Origin: Deinococcales bacterium
GTDB lineage: Bacteria; Deinococcota; Deinococci; Deinococcales; JAAFIG01
DNA length: 64,000 bases
Reading direction: 5' to 3'
Assembly (NCBI GenBank): GCA_031414595.1
Contig: JANNVX010000014.1
Coordinates: 1 to 64,000, forward strand
Shown one piece after another: positions 30,101 through 40,262 of the stretch. A model generated the notes under the pieces. It was given only the letters and a program-made list of their open reading frames with translations, made no database searches and was not told where the DNA came from. Every line of letters starts with the position of its first letter. Positions within the stretch are counted from its first letter, which is position 1. The translations under genes were made by a program, and so were the position numbers.

Positions 30101-33100
30101 GCACTTTGCTTAGTCTGAGTAACCCCACTGTAAATCTACAGGCTTGCAGTGTTGCTGAGCCATCGCTCTGCGCCCAAATACCGATCAAATTGCGTCTGTT
30201 TAAGTTACAAGGAACCAACGAATTTACCAATCCAATCTATCGTTGGGACAATGATTCAACCATTACAAGTGCATTCACAAGTGGCGTACCAAGTGCCACT
30301 CAAGCTGGACCAAAATTCGAGGGTAGCAATCACAATAAACTGTTCTCCCAAGATAACAAACAACTCGCTGTCCAAGCGGTCAATGTTCCCCAAGGCTATG
30401 CACCACCAATTCAGTGGTCTGTGAGTGATTGGTATCATTACATGAACAACGACTACTACCACCGTTTTGACGCACCAAATAACCAGCCATTGCATCTGGG
30501 ATTTCCGTATTCATACACGAATCCTGATCTCCCCCCAGCATTTGGAGGCTTAGGAAGACCATATTCTGAATATAGCGGCTCAATTAACGACAATGGCTGT
30601 TTTCGAGCGCCATTAGTCGGCTGGGATGGTGCATTTTTTAATGTGCGGCGAGAAAGCCGTTTTATCAAAGTCAGGGCAAGTGTTGCTGCCACAAATCAAA
30701 GCATCGAAAATTGGATTCGAGTCGATTTTAGAGATATTAATTATAATCCAAGTTCTATTCCTGGATGTGCAGGTGGTCTAACAAATGGATTATTGACTGG
30801 AGCAGGAATTACCTATGCTCAGCCAGGTGCTGGTGGCGGTGGTGTCCGTCCCCAAGAAGTAAGCAACGATGCTGCTGCTTGGTCATACAGCTATGGAGAC
30901 ATCAGTGCAAATACACCCTCGGGCAATGAAAACCCGTTAGCCGCAGATAATCAGCCTGATTTTGATAATACAGTCAAGCCCGGATTTGCAACGCTCGAGC
31001 TTATGGCATATGACCAGCATCGCCGTGTGACCTCTGCGTTCTCAGCCAACGACACCAGTGGTCTTTCTGGTTCTTATACTGGAACAGAACAACGCAATAC
31101 TTTTGGAACGACTCTACACACCGATACAACTTCGGTACAGAAATTTGAAGTTTTGATTAGTAGCACCGCAGAAGTTCGTGTAGATGGCACAGTTACAGAA
31201 AGCCCGTCTGAACCACGCGGATTTACAGCCGTTTCTGGCTCGAGTAATGTTAAACGCAGCACAACAACAAACTTGAATACCCGTGGTTTACCAACAAGTA
31301 CAGCAATAAACTGGAAAAATCCAAGTGGAGTACAACAAACCAGTACCTCTACCATGACCTATGCGAGTACAGATACTTTGGGAAATCCCACCACACTAGA
31401 ATCAAAAACACTTCCAACCCCACCATCCGTTACTGCTGTCACCGCACTTCAATACCCAGACCAAATCAAACAAAGTCTAAGCAGCACCACCGAAGTTGGG
31501 CAACTGCCTGGCAGTGTGACCCAAAAAGTTCAAAAGTTTGTTTATGATGCACTAGGAAATGTCGTCAAAGAAACCCTCGAGGGAATCGCAGCCGATGTGA
31601 CAGTGACCACTTCCGCCGAGATTGCTGCAACCAACACAAACCCAAAAATACCAACTGCCACAATTGGAGTCACACCAACCCTTCAAAACAAAGTCATTGA
31701 ACGTGCATTTAATGGTTTCAATCAAACTGTCTGGCAAAAAACAACTTTGCAAGACAGCACTGATGCAATAAAGAACATCGGAAGTGAGTCAGGTTCGGTC
31801 TATGCAGCAACTGGCGAACTTTTGCGGGAATGGAATGGCAACTTTAAGAATTCAGTGATTTATAAATACAACTCGAGTAATCGTATCGAACAGATTCAAC
31901 GTGGTATTGGTAATGGAACTTGGAATGCTTCAAGTACCCTGACCACAATACGTCAAGAGTTGAATATGGCTTACGATTCGTTTGGACGGGTGACAACCAC
32001 TAATGAAACCAATCAACCTGTGCAAAAGACAGAATATGATTCGCTAAATCGTGTAGTTCGAGTCACAAAACCAGATGCTTCAAAAGTAGAAACGCAGTAC
32101 GACATCCACGGACAAGCAAATAACGAGAAAATCTATAAAAAAGATGGTGCAGTTCGTCGAACAACCACAACAGAACGCGATTCATTAGGCTATACAACAT
32201 CAATGTCTGTGACTGGCGACAGTAGCCCTTCATATACCCTTACCTATACCAATGATAGCCTTGGGCGAATTCGCAGCATCACCCACAGTGACATCAGCAT
32301 TAACCCGAATGTCTCTGACCGTACTATCAGTATGCGGTATGACATTGAAGGAAATCAAATTTACCAAAATGGTATGACCATGCGTGGTGAAAGTTCATTC
32401 ATGCAGGATCAACGCCGACCAGCCAGTGCTTACGAATTTGATGCTCTTAATCGCAAAACAAAAACTCATGTTCGGCTGTACCCAAGTTCTGATGTCGAAA
32501 CAGTTACACCAGGAACAGATACTGCTACTACCACAGCCGTCTACGATGGTTTTGGCAATGCAATTCAAACCATAGACCCTAATGGCTACAGTACCGAAAA
32601 TGCTTATGATGCAGCAGGCAAGGTTTTCCGTACTCAGCGTCAAATGTGGTTAGGTACAGAACCATCGGATGTACCAGGTAAGGGTACAAGTCTTGACCGA
32701 AGCATCAGTGCAGCAGCCTATGACGCTTCAGCCCGTACCATCAAAACAGTAGATGCGGCTGGAAACACCCGTCAAATGAAATATGATCCACTTGGCAATG
32801 TGTTGGTTGAGGTAGATGAACGAAACTTTGTGGTCAAAGGGTATACCTACACCGATGATGGATTACCACTAGGGTTTTGGGAGCCAAAATCTGATGCCAA
32901 TAACCTCGCAAAACTACCGAGTTATAATTTCGGCAATCCAAATGTTAGGGTCGGTAACACAGCTAACCCACGTCCTGGTGGACATGACCTAGTGAAGTTT
33001 AACGTGTACTCCACCAGTAATAAACGTCCACTTCCGGAAAGAGTATTAACCGCTACCGGAACCACCACTACTCAACCAACCACCAGTGGTTCAGGTGGCG

Positions 33101-36100
33101 CAGAAACAAACTTTGAATACGACTTTGCTGGACGAGTCATGAAAACAACTTTGCCTGCCGATGAACAAGGTGTCCGTCACATCATCACTCAGGAATACAA
33201 CGAAGATGGTGAAGTCACCAGTATTACAGATGCCGATGGTTTTACCACCACCATGAAGTACGACCATAACAACAAAATACTTGAACAAAAACAATTAGCT
33301 CGAGCAGGTTCAACAGACAGCAATGCTGGATTGGGAAGTGGTTTAACCAGCACATTTGAATATGATGTTTTTGGCAATCTAATCGAGAAAAACGAACGTG
33401 GGCTTATTACTAAATATGCTTATAACAGTATCGGAAAAGCAGTTGCGGAAAGCCAACCAACCAAACCAAGTGCAACCAGTAGCATAAACTGGGCGCGACG
33501 TGGCTACCGCTTAGATGGTGAGTTATTGATCAAAACAACCACTGATTTCCAAAATTATTACAATCCAATACCAACCGCTCCAGACCAACCAATTGAAATG
33601 GACACATTAAGTGGTGTGGTCAATGGTGGGAATGTCACTGGCTACCAACTAGACACCAATGGTCGGATCATTGGTGAGGCTAGTTTTGGGCGTAAACGCA
33701 CTAATGGTGCAATCAACGATAATAACCAAGATTATGATACGTCATTCGCAGCCCAAGAGAAACAAGAACAGCTTTTCTACAACGGTTTGAATCTTCGTGT
33801 AAAACGAATCTTCAATGGTGACCGAGCAATTTATGCGCCTCAACGAGATGCCTCTGGACGTTTTATCCTTGGTAATGGCACTGCCAGTACAAACCCGACA
33901 GACCCAAATATCAGTACCGCTTACCAAACGTATAATCGTTACGACAACCGAGGCAAGTTGCTCGAGCAGTACGATCAAAATGCTGCCTTTACAGGAACCA
34001 GCCGCTTTAATTTATTCCGCTATGAATACTCAGATACAGGTAAAGAAATTCGTAACAACCGCAATGTGCGAGTAGAAGCTCCCGTATTACTCTGGTCAAA
34101 CAATGGGAACAGACCAGCCGATCCAATCCTCGGAAAAACCGTACTCATGGCAGCCAGTGTTGGTGTTGTGGTCAGCCAATACAATGAACGCGATACACTC
34201 GAGAAAACAGTGGTCAAAGACCGAGCGCCTAGTGGAATTCAAGATTTAGCCCCAGAAACCAACCGAGTGACAACTTATGGCTATTATCCAAATGGTTTGA
34301 AAAAACAAACTTCGGTTGCTCCAGATAATAATGCAACGCCATTGGGGACAGTAAAATACACCTACGACCAAAGAGGACGCGAAATTAAAGTTGAAGATGA
34401 CAACGGAGCAATAGATACACGACGAGACGATAAGGGAATACCACGTGGTCTCCAAAACAACATCAGTGGTACAGCAACCACTACCACCACCTACAAACCT
34501 GGCGAGCTTACCCGTATTGTTAAAGATGGCTCGAACAAGTGTTATCTCCAACAAACGACAATCAACACCCTAGCAAACCAGCCATATGAAATATCAGAAT
34601 GGATTTACGACCCACAAGATGTTTCTCCAGTAGCCTTTTCTTGTGGTGTCAGCCAACCAACCCGTAAAACCATCACAACCTACAATGAACAAACGCTGCC
34701 TGTAGAAACCAACATTGTTAATGCACAGACCCGTACAGTAGCTGATTCATATACAGATTTTACAACAGACTCAACTGCTAAACAAACATATCAATACAAC
34801 GATTACAGTTATGAAACGAAAGTCAACTTTGAGTCAACCTTAAAGTCCCAAGGCTTTCGTAAAGGATATTCCTGTCAGAAAGTTGCAATACGACCAAGCA
34901 TAGAAGTGCCACTCACCATGCCTGATCCAAATAACCCTGGTGGACCATACATTGCTGGTATTCCATATCCAGACGCATGGTTAGATTCTACCTGTACAGC
35001 CCAAACACAAATTTATCAACCTGGTTCAACGGTTCCAGCAAAAGACATGTACGACTATGTAGCCCAACGTGAAGGTTTTACCAGCGAATCGTCAAAGAAA
35101 GACGAATCCATCAGTGAATATACAATCACAGGTGCAAAAACACTCTTGAAAGAAACCAAGAATATTGGTCTAATTGTCCAAGCTGCAAACCCAGATACAG
35201 ACTTTAGGGGTGCAATATCTGCTCCACCACTGGGCGAAACCACGACGACACAAAAGTACATTCTTGATTCGAGTGGAAATAGACTTTATGTTGCAGGTGG
35301 CGACTATGACGGTTTTGTTAAACGTTACAATGCCATTGATAAACCAGCCATGTACTTCAAGTGGAGTGGCGGTGCAACTGATCCTTATGCTGCTTACAGT
35401 GATTTTGTATACGACCCAAGTAACACCCAAATTATCTCGAGTACCAGTGGAATTAGGCAAAAACGCATTGCTGGTAATTTAGGTTATGAAATTATTCGTG
35501 ATACCAGTAACTTGTTGTATTCGGATGATGACTTACAAATTAGCAATAAGCGCATTGGGCGACTCTGGCGACTCTGGGATCCAGGCGGACTTTTTGGTAT
35601 TGGAATGGGCTGGAAAACCGAACAAGTTACAGATGCTAATTCGTATACAAACCCCAATAATTTTGTGCAACGCAACGCAACCTATAGCATGGCAGATGGT
35701 ATTGTTGATAATACTTCATGGACAGGCATTGTACCATTTAGTGTTATTCCAGACATAGGAACGCAATTCCAACTTGAAGCGCCACAAACAGCACTCAGCA
35801 CTCAGGTAGGCATTTCCCCGTCAAGCATTACAGCACCTACAAGTGTAGTTACACCACCAAGTACAGGCACTCCAAGCAGCACTGTTACCACACCAATTGC
35901 TCCAGCCCCTGTACCAGTAGTTCCACCAGCAAATACTCCGCCAGCCTCGAGTCCAGCCCCCGCAAATCCAGCATCAGTTCCACAATCTGCAAATACCAAT
36001 AATGCACCAGCAAATACCACCAACGTTACAACCCCAACAATAGGTGTTACCGTCACCCAGCCAGTCCCCGCTCCAGCGACACAACCAGCCCAAGCCCCTG

Positions 36101-38127
36101 CTACGCAACCCAATGTTCCAGCAGCAACCAACCAACCAAGTAACCCAACTTCAAACACCACCCCGCTCGCCCCAAATAATGCCATTCTTAACCCACCAAC
36201 TTCTGTTGTACCTCAAACCTTGGGCAATACGAACTCGAGCAGCGTAACTTCCCCTCAAAGCAGTAGCGTCGTTCCGAATATTGGTTTGACCCCATCGAAC
36301 GTTCAAGCGCCTTCGACCAGTGTCACACCAAACATTGGTACTTCACCGAACTCGAGTAACAGCAACATTACAGCCCCGCAAAGCACTGCTAAACCCGTAA
36401 CTGGAGTACCAACTGCAAGTACAATTCGTCCTCCAACTTCGGTAACTGCGATACGTGCAGAATCACCTGATGGTGGCGAGTTCATTTCTTTACTCGAGAC
36501 CACATCGCAGCAGGCTTGGGATAATTATCAGACGTGGTTAAAGAGCTATTTTAGTTATTCTCGAACAGCCATTAAACAAATAATGGATAAAAACAACTCT
36601 GGGGACAAAGCCATCGGTGAATTTAAGGACTTACTGATTCAATGGCTAGGCTCGAGTTTAGTCCGATGGGCAGATAAAAACTTGAGTGAGTATTACTCAA
36701 GTAAAGTTGCATCAACTATTTATAACTTACGTCATGGTTTAAGTGACCAAAACGAAGTCATTGAAATGTTTGTGGTTTACGCTTCGATTGTTTTCTTAGC
36801 GGATGCAAGCGGCGCTCATGGTGAAGATGCCAGAACTAAACTTGTCAATATCTATGGCTTCTCTATTTTCCTAATGCAATCCAAAGGAAAAGTCGCGTCA
36901 GGCAAACCACTAGACTACGCTGGGTTTGTTACCAGAGACATTAAAACAAACGGTGCTTGGGATGCCAAAAAGATAAAAGCACATATTCTAGGTTGGATTG
37001 GCACAATTGATTATTGGGATCCTAATGCTAGAGATGCAAAAGCGCAATTGTTCGCTTTGGATATGTTTATTGGTGGGTTAAGAATCCTAATGGGTATTGG
37101 GGCAGCCGCTCTTGTGCCTACTGCCCCTGCTGTGGCTGGAGCATTGGCTTTCTGGGGTGCGGTGGATAGTTTATACACAGCACTTGCTGGTAAAGACGCG
37201 TTGACAGGACAATCAGTGGGCGATCTTGGGCGAATACTGGCAGCAGGTGGTGTCGCGCTGTTCGTTTTCCAGGCTGCCAATGGTATCCGTTCAGCAATGG
37301 CAATTGGTTGCAATAGTTTTTCTGCTGAAACGCCTGTCAGTACCATTGATGGACAAAAACGAATTGATTCTCTGCAAAAAACAGATAATGTCACGGGTTT
37401 CCATGAATACTCACGAAAGACTAATGAATATCAAGTTACTAATACAATTTCACACACCGACACAACCGTTGCCAAACTGGAACTGGAGACAGATAGTGGT
37501 CAAGCAGAAACGCTGACCACAACACCAGAACACCCATTTTATGCTTTAGTTGAGCCAAATCAAAACTCGAGTGGTGTGTGGGTCAACGCGGAGAAACTCA
37601 AAACTGGGAACTGGGTTAAGCGACTAAATGGGTACGGAGTTGTTAAACGTTCATGGAATGAAACAGCCAATCAGAAGATGTATAACTTAACTGTAGAGAA
37701 TGCTCATACATTCTTTGTGGGAAAAAACGATTGGCTGGTGCATAATACAAATCAAGGTTGTGCAAATTTATTCGCAGTGGCAAATCTTGATCCGGGTGAT
37801 TTTGGACGAAGTGATAAAGTTCACTTTAATAGAGCAAATGCCCAGCTGGAAGCTCAATTATTGGCTAACCCAGGGCTTGCGGCGCGTTTAGACGCGACAT
37901 CACGATTAATCGACCCGACAGCAGCAACTGCACTTTCTAGGGTTTCATCAACTGGAACTCGACAAACTCCTATAGGTTTTACGTGGCATCACAGCCTAAC
38001 CCCGGGGAGACTTGAGTTAATAACTCTTGGTGACCATTACTATTTGTGGACACTTAATCATCCAGGTAACATGGGTGGATATGCTATTTGGGCAGTTCCA
38101 GCTGGTGCGCCACTTCGTAGACCGTAA
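27187..38127 (+). CDS. Giant YD/RHS-repeat polymorphic toxin with pre-toxin Hint domain and WHH (HNH) nuclease tip
   Basis: Signal peptide; many YDxxGR repeats; Pro/Thr-rich linker; hydrophobic helices; Hint CNSFSAETPV...YNLTVENAHTFFVG...VHN (37309-37746); GFTWHH...H..HPG..GG..IW. Confidence 0.88.
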   Translation: MIKNEQKKLLAKRRLAWALALTFIFSNQGPLIVGLAAPSVFVRPQLGVSRSPLNVMSFGDAGFGEVADAINVANGNLFVSGANVAKNNTPSGEAQNANTIGGSGWSTKSRMRLNGFQANLVTAPTSLSLELGDQSTIGFKKVSSVNFEQSPTWIQRYQNVAAGAWTFYALQSQPGVSYQAEWIALRTGSSAIAHYYDASGVRYSFFQDGEYADYWQTPDQQFRNAQQGLTEGKPYNGQTNPFASGSGALNEISYDSTTGRISKISDEYGRVTKYEWNTNQTLRQINELLSDENNADTYARRTDFQYITAQNLISSITYTARDGQGATIARTTGFEYDGVGRITRIKRGAVSGQKITTYTYDPSPDLAHLIRSVAIRDSSGVLLEPETFYQYSSNNTTLLATMPTTSIQVESLQQVCKEKSRVVNNDGQNDKHATVLGCTQDAALFRVPNNVISGQYQIKLRANAKMATVVLKRNNQRIAKREWATEAYQTGNLAKTTLKAGDRISISVLDTCANKVNCQQSTIRVDQLELQQVSLRLEPQQGQEIVDAKASQGKSHLVNHRFSVSVPNNIPNGYYRIRVKAKADEVTGTPSLDLVQNNSVVNSVTLQGKKWNTLDLGAVNLESGQPIDLQFASARTQSLGSGKNLKVDFIELSRITTSAAGSKVLTITQGDQVQTYELDLFNRLRKRILKDTNPVSGATRDLVWTYQYYKNGNVALEVEPSGRSTHYAYDADGLLLRRTTYRSNPFAEGYTPQISAGLTFRDLQDLNNDAQPDRVFYKGQTVKVAAAVRYDYARQGVEWKLQDENGIVLYNSVTPVPSQNNYQFTVEPVSDIDSGGVYTVRAEFKAPNFAMPSNPTSSSAFTKTFKLIAITRNNNIESEATFTVASQIKGIRFDNFPTELVIAPDCVQTSVQYVAGNGCGVANAPMSISLNGQAIVNEYFPSSNTGLVWTIQQAPGSGFSILNNVFSVPYDSTLLSLSNPTVNLQACSVAEPSLCAQIPIKLRLFKLQGTNEFTNPIYRWDNDSTITSAFTSGVPSATQAGPKFEGSNHNKLFSQDNKQLAVQAVNVPQGYAPPIQWSVSDWYHYMNNDYYHRFDAPNNQPLHLGFPYSYTNPDLPPAFGGLGRPYSEYSGSINDNGCFRAPLVGWDGAFFNVRRESRFIKVRASVAATNQSIENWIRVDFRDINYNPSSIPGCAGGLTNGLLTGAGITYAQPGAGGGGVRPQEVSNDAAAWSYSYGDISANTPSGNENPLAADNQPDFDNTVKPGFATLELMAYDQHRRVTSAFSANDTSGLSGSYTGTEQRNTFGTTLHTDTTSVQKFEVLISSTAEVRVDGTVTESPSEPRGFTAVSGSSNVKRSTTTNLNTRGLPTSTAINWKNPSGVQQTSTSTMTYASTDTLGNPTTLESKTLPTPPSVTAVTALQYPDQIKQSLSSTTEVGQLPGSVTQKVQKFVYDALGNVVKETLEGIAADVTVTTSAEIAATNTNPKIPTATIGVTPTLQNKVIERAFNGFNQTVWQKTTLQDSTDAIKNIGSESGSVYAATGELLREWNGNFKNSVIYKYNSSNRIEQIQRGIGNGTWNASSTLTTIRQELNMAYDSFGRVTTTNETNQPVQKTEYDSLNRVVRVTKPDASKVETQYDIHGQANNEKIYKKDGAVRRTTTTERDSLGYTTSMSVTGDSSPSYTLTYTNDSLGRIRSITHSDISINPNVSDRTISMRYDIEGNQIYQNGMTMRGESSFMQDQRRPASAYEFDALNRKTKTHVRLYPSSDVETVTPGTDTATTTAVYDGFGNAIQTIDPNGYSTENAYDAAGKVFRTQRQMWLGTEPSDVPGKGTSLDRSISAAAYDASARTIKTVDAAGNTRQMKYDPLGNVLVEVDERNFVVKGYTYTDDGLPLGFWEPKSDANNLAKLPSYNFGNPNVRVGNTANPRPGGHDLVKFNVYSTSNKRPLPERVLTATGTTTTQPTTSGSGGAETNFEYDFAGRVMKTTLPADEQGVRHIITQEYNEDGEVTSITDADGFTTTMKYDHNNKILEQKQLARAGSTDSNAGLGSGLTSTFEYDVFGNLIEKNERGLITKYAYNSIGKAVAESQPTKPSATSSINWARRGYRLDGELLIKTTTDFQNYYNPIPTAPDQPIEMDTLSGVVNGGNVTGYQLDTNGRIIGEASFGRKRTNGAINDNNQDYDTSFAAQEKQEQLFYNGLNLRVKRIFNGDRAIYAPQRDASGRFILGNGTASTNPTDPNISTAYQTYNRYDNRGKLLEQYDQNAAFTGTSRFNLFRYEYSDTGKEIRNNRNVRVEAPVLLWSNNGNRPADPILGKTVLMAASVGVVVSQYNERDTLEKTVVKDRAPSGIQDLAPETNRVTTYGYYPNGLKKQTSVAPDNNATPLGTVKYTYDQRGREIKVEDDNGAIDTRRDDKGIPRGLQNNISGTATTTTTYKPGELTRIVKDGSNKCYLQQTTINTLANQPYEISEWIYDPQDVSPVAFSCGVSQPTRKTITTYNEQTLPVETNIVNAQTRTVADSYTDFTTDSTAKQTYQYNDYSYETKVNFESTLKSQGFRKGYSCQKVAIRPSIEVPLTMPDPNNPGGPYIAGIPYPDAWLDSTCTAQTQIYQPGSTVPAKDMYDYVAQREGFTSESSKKDESISEYTITGAKTLLKETKNIGLIVQAANPDTDFRGAISAPPLGETTTTQKYILDSSGNRLYVAGGDYDGFVKRYNAIDKPAMYFKWSGGATDPYAAYSDFVYDPSNTQIISSTSGIRQKRIAGNLGYEIIRDTSNLLYSDDDLQISNKRIGRLWRLWDPGGLFGIGMGWKTEQVTDANSYTNPNNFVQRNATYSMADGIVDNTSWTGIVPFSVIPDIGTQFQLEAPQTALSTQVGISPSSITAPTSVVTPPSTGTPSSTVTTPIAPAPVPVVPPANTPPASSPAPANPASVPQSANTNNAPANTTNVTTPTIGVTVTQPVPAPATQPAQAPATQPNVPAATNQPSNPTSNTTPLAPNNAILNPPTSVVPQTLGNTNSSSVTSPQSSSVVPNIGLTPSNVQAPSTSVTPNIGTSPNSSNSNITAPQSTAKPVTGVPTASTIRPPTSVTAIRAESPDGGEFISLLETTSQQAWDNYQTWLKSYFSYSRTAIKQIMDKNNSGDKAIGEFKDLLIQWLGSSLVRWADKNLSEYYSSKVASTIYNLRHGLSDQNEVIEMFVVYASIVFLADASGAHGEDARTKLVNIYGFSIFLMQSKGKVASGKPLDYAGFVTRDIKTNGAWDAKKIKAHILGWIGTIDYWDPNARDAKAQLFALDMFIGGLRILMGIGAAALVPTAPAVAGALAFWGAVDSLYTALAGKDALTGQSVGDLGRILAAGGVALFVFQAANGIRSAMAIGCNSFSAETPVSTIDGQKRIDSLQKTDNVTGFHEYSRKTNEYQVTNTISHTDTTVAKLELETDSGQAETLTTTPEHPFYALVEPNQNSSGVWVNAEKLKTGNWVKRLNGYGVVKRSWNETANQKMYNLTVENAHTFFVGKNDWLVHNTNQGCANLFAVANLDPGDFGRSDKVHFNRANAQLEAQLLANPGLAARLDATSRLIDPTAATALSRVSSTGTRQTPIGFTWHHSLTPGRLELITLGDHYYLWTLNHPGNMGGYAIWAVPAGAPLRRP

Positions 38128-38327
38128 ATTAGAAATACTGGAGATGTGAATGCACGTGAAAAAGTGTTCAAATATCAGAATTCTGTACAACCAAGAACAC
38201 ACATCATTACATTGAGAATTTGCAATCAATGTATCAGCTAGATGAGCCTTCGGTGTATTCAATGTGAATTAAAATCTACTTCATAGTATGTACACCGACA
38301 GAGTTTCACTTCAAGAAAGAGGAATTT

Positions 38328-38786
38328 ATGCGCGATTTTAGAAAACTCAACCTAATTAGTGGTAATTCAAAAAAGCCTCTAAATAAAACACTTATGCACG
38401 ATATATCTATGGAGTATGGTTTTGTATTCCCAGAAAGTTACATTCAGTTTTTAGAATTCGATAACTCTGCTCCACATCCTGAGAGAGATACGTTTTTTCT
38501 TAGCCCAGAAGATGGTTACGGCATTGACTACTTTTTTTCTTTTACTGATGAACTGTATCCAACGGGTTTTTTGATGTTTTTGGATGAATTGAAAACAGTC
38601 AATAATAAAGTTTTCCCGTTTGCGAAAGATGGAGGTGTTAGTTTGTTCTGCTTTAGATTTTTTCAAGATGGAACTTATGATGTAGGGTACTTATCAAGTC
38701 ACTATAGGTATGAAAGCTATCTCTATTTAGCAGCATCTTTTGAGAGTTTCATTGATCAACTTCAAATTGATCCAGATATGATATAA
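38328..38786 (+). CDS. SMI1/KNR4 (SUKH) immunity protein
   Basis: FPESYIQFL, FPFAKDGG..LFC and LAASFESFIDQL motifs; directly downstream of the toxin. Confidence 0.88.
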   Translation: MRDFRKLNLISGNSKKPLNKTLMHDISMEYGFVFPESYIQFLEFDNSAPHPERDTFFLSPEDGYGIDYFFSFTDELYPTGFLMFLDELKTVNNKVFPFAKDGGVSLFCFRFFQDGTYDVGYLSSHYRYESYLYLAASFESFIDQLQIDPDMI

Positions 38787-38949
38787 AGCCGAAGCATAGT
38801 GAGTATCTCTGTATTGAAAAGCACCATAATGCAATTTTTAGAAAAAAATCGAAGGGTGAGTGAAGAACATATTTTAGTTCACTCATAAGTCTCCAATCAT
38901 AAAAAGATCGTTGTAGTGAACTACACTTGAACAATATTTAGGAGTTTTT

Positions 38950-39414
38950 ATGTTTACAGTTCGGTTTAATACTTTACTTCCAATCAGCTTTGTTTCGCTT
39001 TGTGGTTTAACAATGCTTGGCTTGTTGATTCGTGGTGTGGATTTCACTCGGTTGCTCGTACCAGTAATTCTTATTTTTGCAAGTTTCCGTGCGTTTTCCG
39101 CAATCTACTTTTCGGTGTACATGCAAACACTTACCTTTAGGATTTCTTTCACGGCAGTTAAGCCATTTGAATTTCACAGTGCAGAAGTTCGCTCAGGGCG
39201 GTTGCACTTTTTGGATGCAACAGGTAAAACCCTCCTGAGTGTGGCAACTTGGTTGTGTCGTACCGAGGATGTGAGTGCTTTGGTTAAGCAGTTTCCAGCA
39301 TCTGGTATCCAAGTTACTGGTGGGCATCATAGGCTTGCAGAAATTCTAAGGCGTGTTGAAAATGGCACTTTTGACCCAAACACAATCATAGTATTTACCA
39401 TTCAAGGGAAGTAG
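38950..39414 (+). CDS. Small membrane protein, copy 1, with a 36-aa extra tail containing GGHHR
   Basis: Two hydrophobic segments; matches copy 2 up to KQFPAS, then diverges. Confidence 0.65.
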   Translation: MFTVRFNTLLPISFVSLCGLTMLGLLIRGVDFTRLLVPVILIFASFRAFSAIYFSVYMQTLTFRISFTAVKPFEFHSAEVRSGRLHFLDATGKTLLSVATWLCRTEDVSALVKQFPASGIQVTGGHHRLAEILRRVENGTFDPNTIIVFTIQGK

Positions 39415-39419
39415 GAGCT

Positions 39420-39800
39420 ATGAATCGTGTAATGTACAAAATTCTATACCTTGAAGATCAAGAAGTAGGGCGGTTTTACGATTTTATTTTTAACGAAAAG
39501 TCTTGGCTTGTATTCATTTCTATTTCTGGAAATGAATACATAAACACTTTTCACCTTGAACATTTACCGTTCTCGGCTAATGTTAGAAAAATATGTGTAT
39601 GGTCATGTAAGGATGTTAGTTCAAAAAGTTCCATGAAAATCATTGAAGAATTGGAACTCAACTTGAAAAAATTCTCAAATAATCAGATGGGCTTTGGTGA
39701 TGTATTTGAAATTTACCAGCCAAATTGGGAAACTTGGGGTGCTGGAATTCCAGTGGAAATTTCTTCAAAAATTAGCGAACTTATGTCTGACTTGCCTTAA
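39420..39800 (+). CDS. Hypothetical protein, possible orphan immunity protein
   Basis: AT-rich 126-aa ORF with AGGAG RBS, located between the duplicated genes after the toxin. Confidence 0.5.
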   Translation: MNRVMYKILYLEDQEVGRFYDFIFNEKSWLVFISISGNEYINTFHLEHLPFSANVRKICVWSCKDVSSKSSMKIIEELELNLKKFSNNQMGFGDVFEIYQPNWETWGAGIPVEISSKISELMSDLP

Positions 39801-39890
39801 AAGTTTAGAATAAAAATCTAAACCAGCTATACTAAAGATTAGTAAGTCATGAGAGGTAATTTTCAACAAGGTCTTGCGAATAGGAGTTTT

Positions 39891-40256
39891 ATGTTTACAG
39901 TTCGGTTTAATACTTTACTTCCAATCAGCTTTATCTCGCTTTGCGTTTTAACAATGCTTGGCTTGTTGGTGCGTGGTGTGGATTTCACTCGGTTGCTTGT
40001 GCCAGTGGTTCTTATTTTTGCAAGTTTCCGTGCTTTTTCCGCAGTTTACTTTTCGGTATATATGCAAACAGTTACCTTTAGGATTTCTTTCACGGCAGTT
40101 AAGCCGTTTGAGTTTCACAGTGCAGAAGTGCGTTCAGGGCGCTTGCATTTCTTGGATGCAACAGGTAAAACCCTCCTGAGTGTGGCAACTTGGCTATGTC
40201 GTACTGAGGATGTGAGTGCTTTGGTTAAGCAGTTTCCAGCATCCTCTAAGGAGTAG
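39891..40256 (+). CDS. Small membrane protein, copy 2
   Basis: Paralogue of 38950..39414; AGGAG RBS before ATG 39891. Confidence 0.7.
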   Translation: MFTVRFNTLLPISFISLCVLTMLGLLVRGVDFTRLLVPVVLIFASFRAFSAVYFSVYMQTVTFRISFTAVKPFEFHSAEVRSGRLHFLDATGKTLLSVATWLCRTEDVSALVKQFPASSKE

Positions 40257-40262
40257 GTCTTT

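Larger units (their letters stand above)
38939..40243 (+). repeat. About 360-bp direct repeat (copies ~38939-39302 and ~39881-40243)
   Basis: Near-identical DNA from TAGGAGTTTT..ATGTTTACAGTTCGG to CAGTTTCCAGCATC. Confidence 0.92.

Noticed and set aside
35780-36460. Low-complexity repeat-like DNA and antisense ORFs
   Set aside because: Explained by the Pro/Thr-rich linker of the toxin; not a CRISPR or tandem repeat.
37309-37746. Possible mobile intein
   Set aside because: No homing endonuclease, and its position before a toxin tip fits a pre-toxin Hint domain.
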